The translations under genes and the position numbers were made by a program. Of a DNA stretch of 64,000 nucleotides, positions 60,491 to 64,000 are shown one piece after another (the first letter of the stretch is position 1; the number at the start of each line of letters is the position of its first letter). The DNA lies in the NCBI GenBank assembly GCA_973895155.1, contig OZ316891.1:13609037-13673036 (forward strand). Reading direction: 5' to 3'. The notes under the pieces are model-generated. The model saw only the letters and a list, made by a program, of their open reading frames with translations, made no database searches and was not told the origin of the DNA. The DNA comes from Marsupella aquatica. Lineage: Eukaryota > Plantae > Marchantiophyta.

Positions 60491-63400
60491 TTTGACAATT
60501 TTTAAGTAGTCCACAATGAGCCTTTAATTTTGCCCGCCTTTTTCTTCACATCCACTGCATTTTGTGAGCTACTAATGAGGCTACTAAGCCTGTCTGCTTA
60601 AGTAAGACATAGCATCTTATTCATTGTGACTGAGTTGACTTATCACTTAGTTGATTGCGATTAAGACTTTTGTTATGACTACACATGATGAATTTATACA
60701 TGCCAACTCGCATGCCAAGTTGACCAGATGCGGGACCAGATTAAGGGGCATGGTCATATAAATGACTCAAACCAAGTCATAGATACAACTCAAAAATTAA
60801 TCTTGTTTAATTTAGTCATGGGAAGTGATGATTTTGACACAAATGTTTTGAAGCCAGTTTCTTTGGCTTCTTTGAAAAGATTGACAAGTTGCTCACAAAT
60901 TAGGGTCATTTTAATAGGATAACATTTGGGAATTATCAGGACTAGTTTGTCACGGAAGCAACTATTGAAAGTGGATGAAGGGTCATTTGAGGATAACATT
61001 TGTGACTTATCATGACTATTGTCTTCCCCAAACTGGGCCCCAAACACAACGTCATGGCTTTGTATTTGAATAATGGGCTATCGGGTGCTCTATTTGAATA
61101 GTGTGTGCCTAGGGCATTGTATTTGAATTGTGACTATGTGTTTTCAATTTTTGGTACTTGCAGGGCTTTGTGTTTGAATGTTGACATGACCAAACGATTC
61201 ATGAACATTTTACTGTTTGTGCTCAATGTAGAACAGTATAGGGTCCAAATTGTGAACACAACGCCAATATTCAAATTGAAAGCCCAGGCACTGGCTAAAA
61301 TGATGTTATGTTTGAAGAAAAAGTATTTTTTCTTATGGAGACCCTAAAATTTCCATTTGCAAACACAGTGCCTGGACGCTGAGGAAGACCTTGGGGAAAA
61401 TTGACAGTTTATCATGACTAGTTTGTCACTAAAAGTGACTATTAAAAGATGATGAAATGGAGCTTCTGTGACTTGTAAGGCTACTAGCTAGCATGACCTT
61501 CTGCTCATATTTCTGACCAAAGTTGTGGCCACATCTGGTCGTTGGTGTGTCTAGATAGAACTACTTTGTCATATTCAGGACTGGAACGATTGCAACTTTT
61601 GCCGCTACACATGACTGCATGGTTATTTTACAACTTGGGGCTTTGTCATAAAACTGACTGCGCTGTGAGACATTGTAATGGGAGGGCGCAATAGAACTGA
61701 GCTCAAGGTTGGGAGGATCGGCTTTACAACCTCTATTCTGGCTGGTTTCTTGCTCTACTAAGTGTTTTCTGATCAAGAGGTGAAGTGCTATCTGTAAACA
61801 GCGGATTTTTGTTTTGTTTTGGCCTGTCAGGAATGCTGTTTGCGGAAATTAATAGTTTAGGTTGCTCAGAAAGCCCTTTCTATAAGATTTCGGAATTGTC
61901 TGAGTAATATAAGATATTTAATTTATCAGCTGGAGAAGACGAATATTATAAAATAGCTACTGGTAATTGTTTAGAGTTGGACGAAAACAATCAAGAAGAA
62001 CTCCTTACTCCAGCTAGATACAGACAAGATTTTGTGGCTATTGCTTGGGAACATATACAACTTCGTAGTATTTTCCCTTTGCAATATTTTTCCGTTGGAG
62101 CTTCTCCCATTCCTTTTCTCGAATGGTGGGGTCTGGATTTGGAATAGGTTGAGATTATAATTTGTGCTTCGCTGATCAGGCTTTATTGCACGAAGCAGAC
62201 TTGCAATGTTCGACTGAAGCTTTTGGAGCTTATGCGACTGAAAAGGAAACGTACTGGGGAGCGCACTGATGGAGCTATGGCAGCGAAGCACGAGGATTTG
62301 AGAGCTTGCAAGACAGTTGAGCAATGGGGACTGCTAAATGCAATCGATTTGGATTCGCGTCTACGGGAGATGGTTTACTTTGGTGCAGGCTAGGGATTAT
62401 GACCTTTTGTTGTGTTGCCGCCTGAATCTTTGGACTGTATCTTGTTACGAACTGAGCATTGAGCTTCAATTGGTGGCTCAACTGAGCTTTTGTAGTGCGG
62501 AGCTTGTGAGACCTGAGAACACGTTGGAGTTGTCCTTTGGCTAAGGTTTAATGCTAGAGGTTCAATTTGTGCGCTCCTTGAGAGAGTCCTCGCAGGGGGC
62601 TGAGCTGAACTGAGTTGGAGAGGAGGCAATGGAGTTTGTATTAGATTGCTTGGAAGAAAAGGTTGGGTGCGAGGAAAGTCGTCGCCAACCCATTGTCTGA
62701 CAATTCAATGTACTATGGCGGCATGGTGTTCACATGGTGATCAGCTTCTTATGAGTGCATTGACGTTGGATTTGATCAAGTTTCGGTTGAGATTTGCTCG
62801 GAGCAGTACTTAATCAAGTGTTGAGATCGATGGGCTTACTAAGGAGAGAAGGAAATGCTATTTGAGTGTCATATTCATTGAAGAAATGCAACTCAAAGGA
62901 GACACAATGAATTACCTCTACTTGTCTGCAACAACACACAAACCCTGTGAATTCAATGGACGATTGGGTCCCTTTCCTGTGGTTCCCCTTTCCCGTCCCT
63001 TCACTTCGATTCGATTCGCTTCTCAAAAAAGAGTCTCCAATGCACACATTCCTTGTTCGCTTCTTTAGATTGTAAATAATTGGCCAACATTTTGGTCCCT
63101 CTAACTTGTAAACTGCATTCTTTCATTTTTTCAGTCATCAGTGGCAGCGGGTGCTTCTCCTGGATATGAAATTACAAAATGCAAGGTTTTGTGTGAAGCA
63201 TTCTCATCTCCATTTCATGGAGATGCCAGAGCGCTGAAACAGCAGAGGCCGTGGCCATAGGAAGATTTTTCCCTCTCTAGTCGCCCAGCTCACCACTGCA
63301 CTTAAGCCTCAACCATTTGCGATCATTGATGAGAACAAGACCTGGGACTTGAATGCTCCTGCGAACTTTAGTCCAAAGTCCTTCATCATCAACAGTTGAA

Positions 63401-63624
63401 GCTCTCCAGTGGGGATCGAAAGAAAGCTCTAAGCCAGTTAGAGCATCAAAGGTCATGTCAAGCGGAAAAGCATACATCTGATCAGCAAGCCCCGACCCCA
63501 AATAATTGGCAACCTGGTCCAACGATTCGAAACAACCTGATTGGTAGGCAACCTCCCCCAAGAAGCTCAAACAGAAATGCTTCTAAAAATTCAAATCGGG
63601 ATTCCAGTGAGCAGATCGAATCCA

Positions 63625-63822
63625 AAGTGGAATCAAAGAATGTATGACGTAAAGAGTGGAATCAAAGAATGTATCACGTAAAGTCATTGGTCGGATTGAA
63701 TCAGTTGAAAAACAGAACATTGTTGGCTTGAAAGTACAACTCAAACAAGTAAAGTCATTGGTCGGATTGAATCATGTCAAAAACAGAACATTTTTGGCTT
63801 GAAAGTAGAACTCAAACAAGTA
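63625..63822. repeat. Short tandem duplications (AGTGGAATCAAAGAATGTAT x2; ~72-bp GTAAAGTCATTGGTCGGATTGAATCA... x2)
   Basis: Seen directly. Confidence 0.75.
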
Positions 63823-64000
63823 GGAAACATAAAAGCGAATTTAACCAGAAGTATAGCAGCTAAGTGAACTATGTGCTGAAGAGCTGTGTCGATGTGCTGC
63901 AGATCCAAGTCAGAGCTAATGATGTTCTGAAGGATCAAATTTCAAGAGCGAAGTTCCACTAGAGCCATGATGTGCTGAAGGATTGAATCTCAAACGAGCA

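Noticed and set aside
60700-61500. Repeated TCA(T/G)GACTAGTTTGTCAC and inverted GGGC(A/T)TTGT..TTGAAT motifs
   Set aside because: Probably a decayed DNA-transposon fragment, but ends and TSD could not be defined.
63277-63570. 97-aa minus-strand ORF
   Set aside because: Protein-like composition but non-ATG start, no recognisable motif and no supported exon structure; could be a gene fragment but cannot be supported.

Overview
Intron-containing land-plant DNA; the gene style and TE content suggest a bryophyte, probably a liverwort (inference). The first ~40 kb is a nest of transposons. A minus-strand Ty1/Copia element A spans 2796-32787 (TSD GAACA). It has been hit by a 12.7-kb TIR DNA transposon (7759-20435, 26-bp TIRs, TSD AAAT, Sola1-like DDD transposase) and by a very young, intact sister Copia B (23110-29709, TSD AAGTA). 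Next come a MULE-like non-autonomous element (33363-35211) and a non-coding Bianca-type LTR element (36539-40181). The right part holds two tandem pre-miRNA-like hairpins (~41840-42215), a SYP4/Tlg2 syntaxin gene (+) and a dPGM/gpmA-type phosphoglycerate mutase gene (-). The most striking feature is the cargo of the Sola-like element. It has a divergently transcribed, spliced gene with a ParB/Srx-like domain and a beta-class N4/N6 DNA-methyltransferase-fold domain, probably spliced in frame to an FCP1/NIF phosphatase domain. More than 20 copies of a 25-bp palindrome (TTGGAYAGRGATSATCYCTRTCCAA) are concentrated in the element's introns. Together these are a candidate transposon-encoded, sequence-specific self-regulation or anti-silencing system. 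All domain calls are by-eye motif recognition; no database searches were run.
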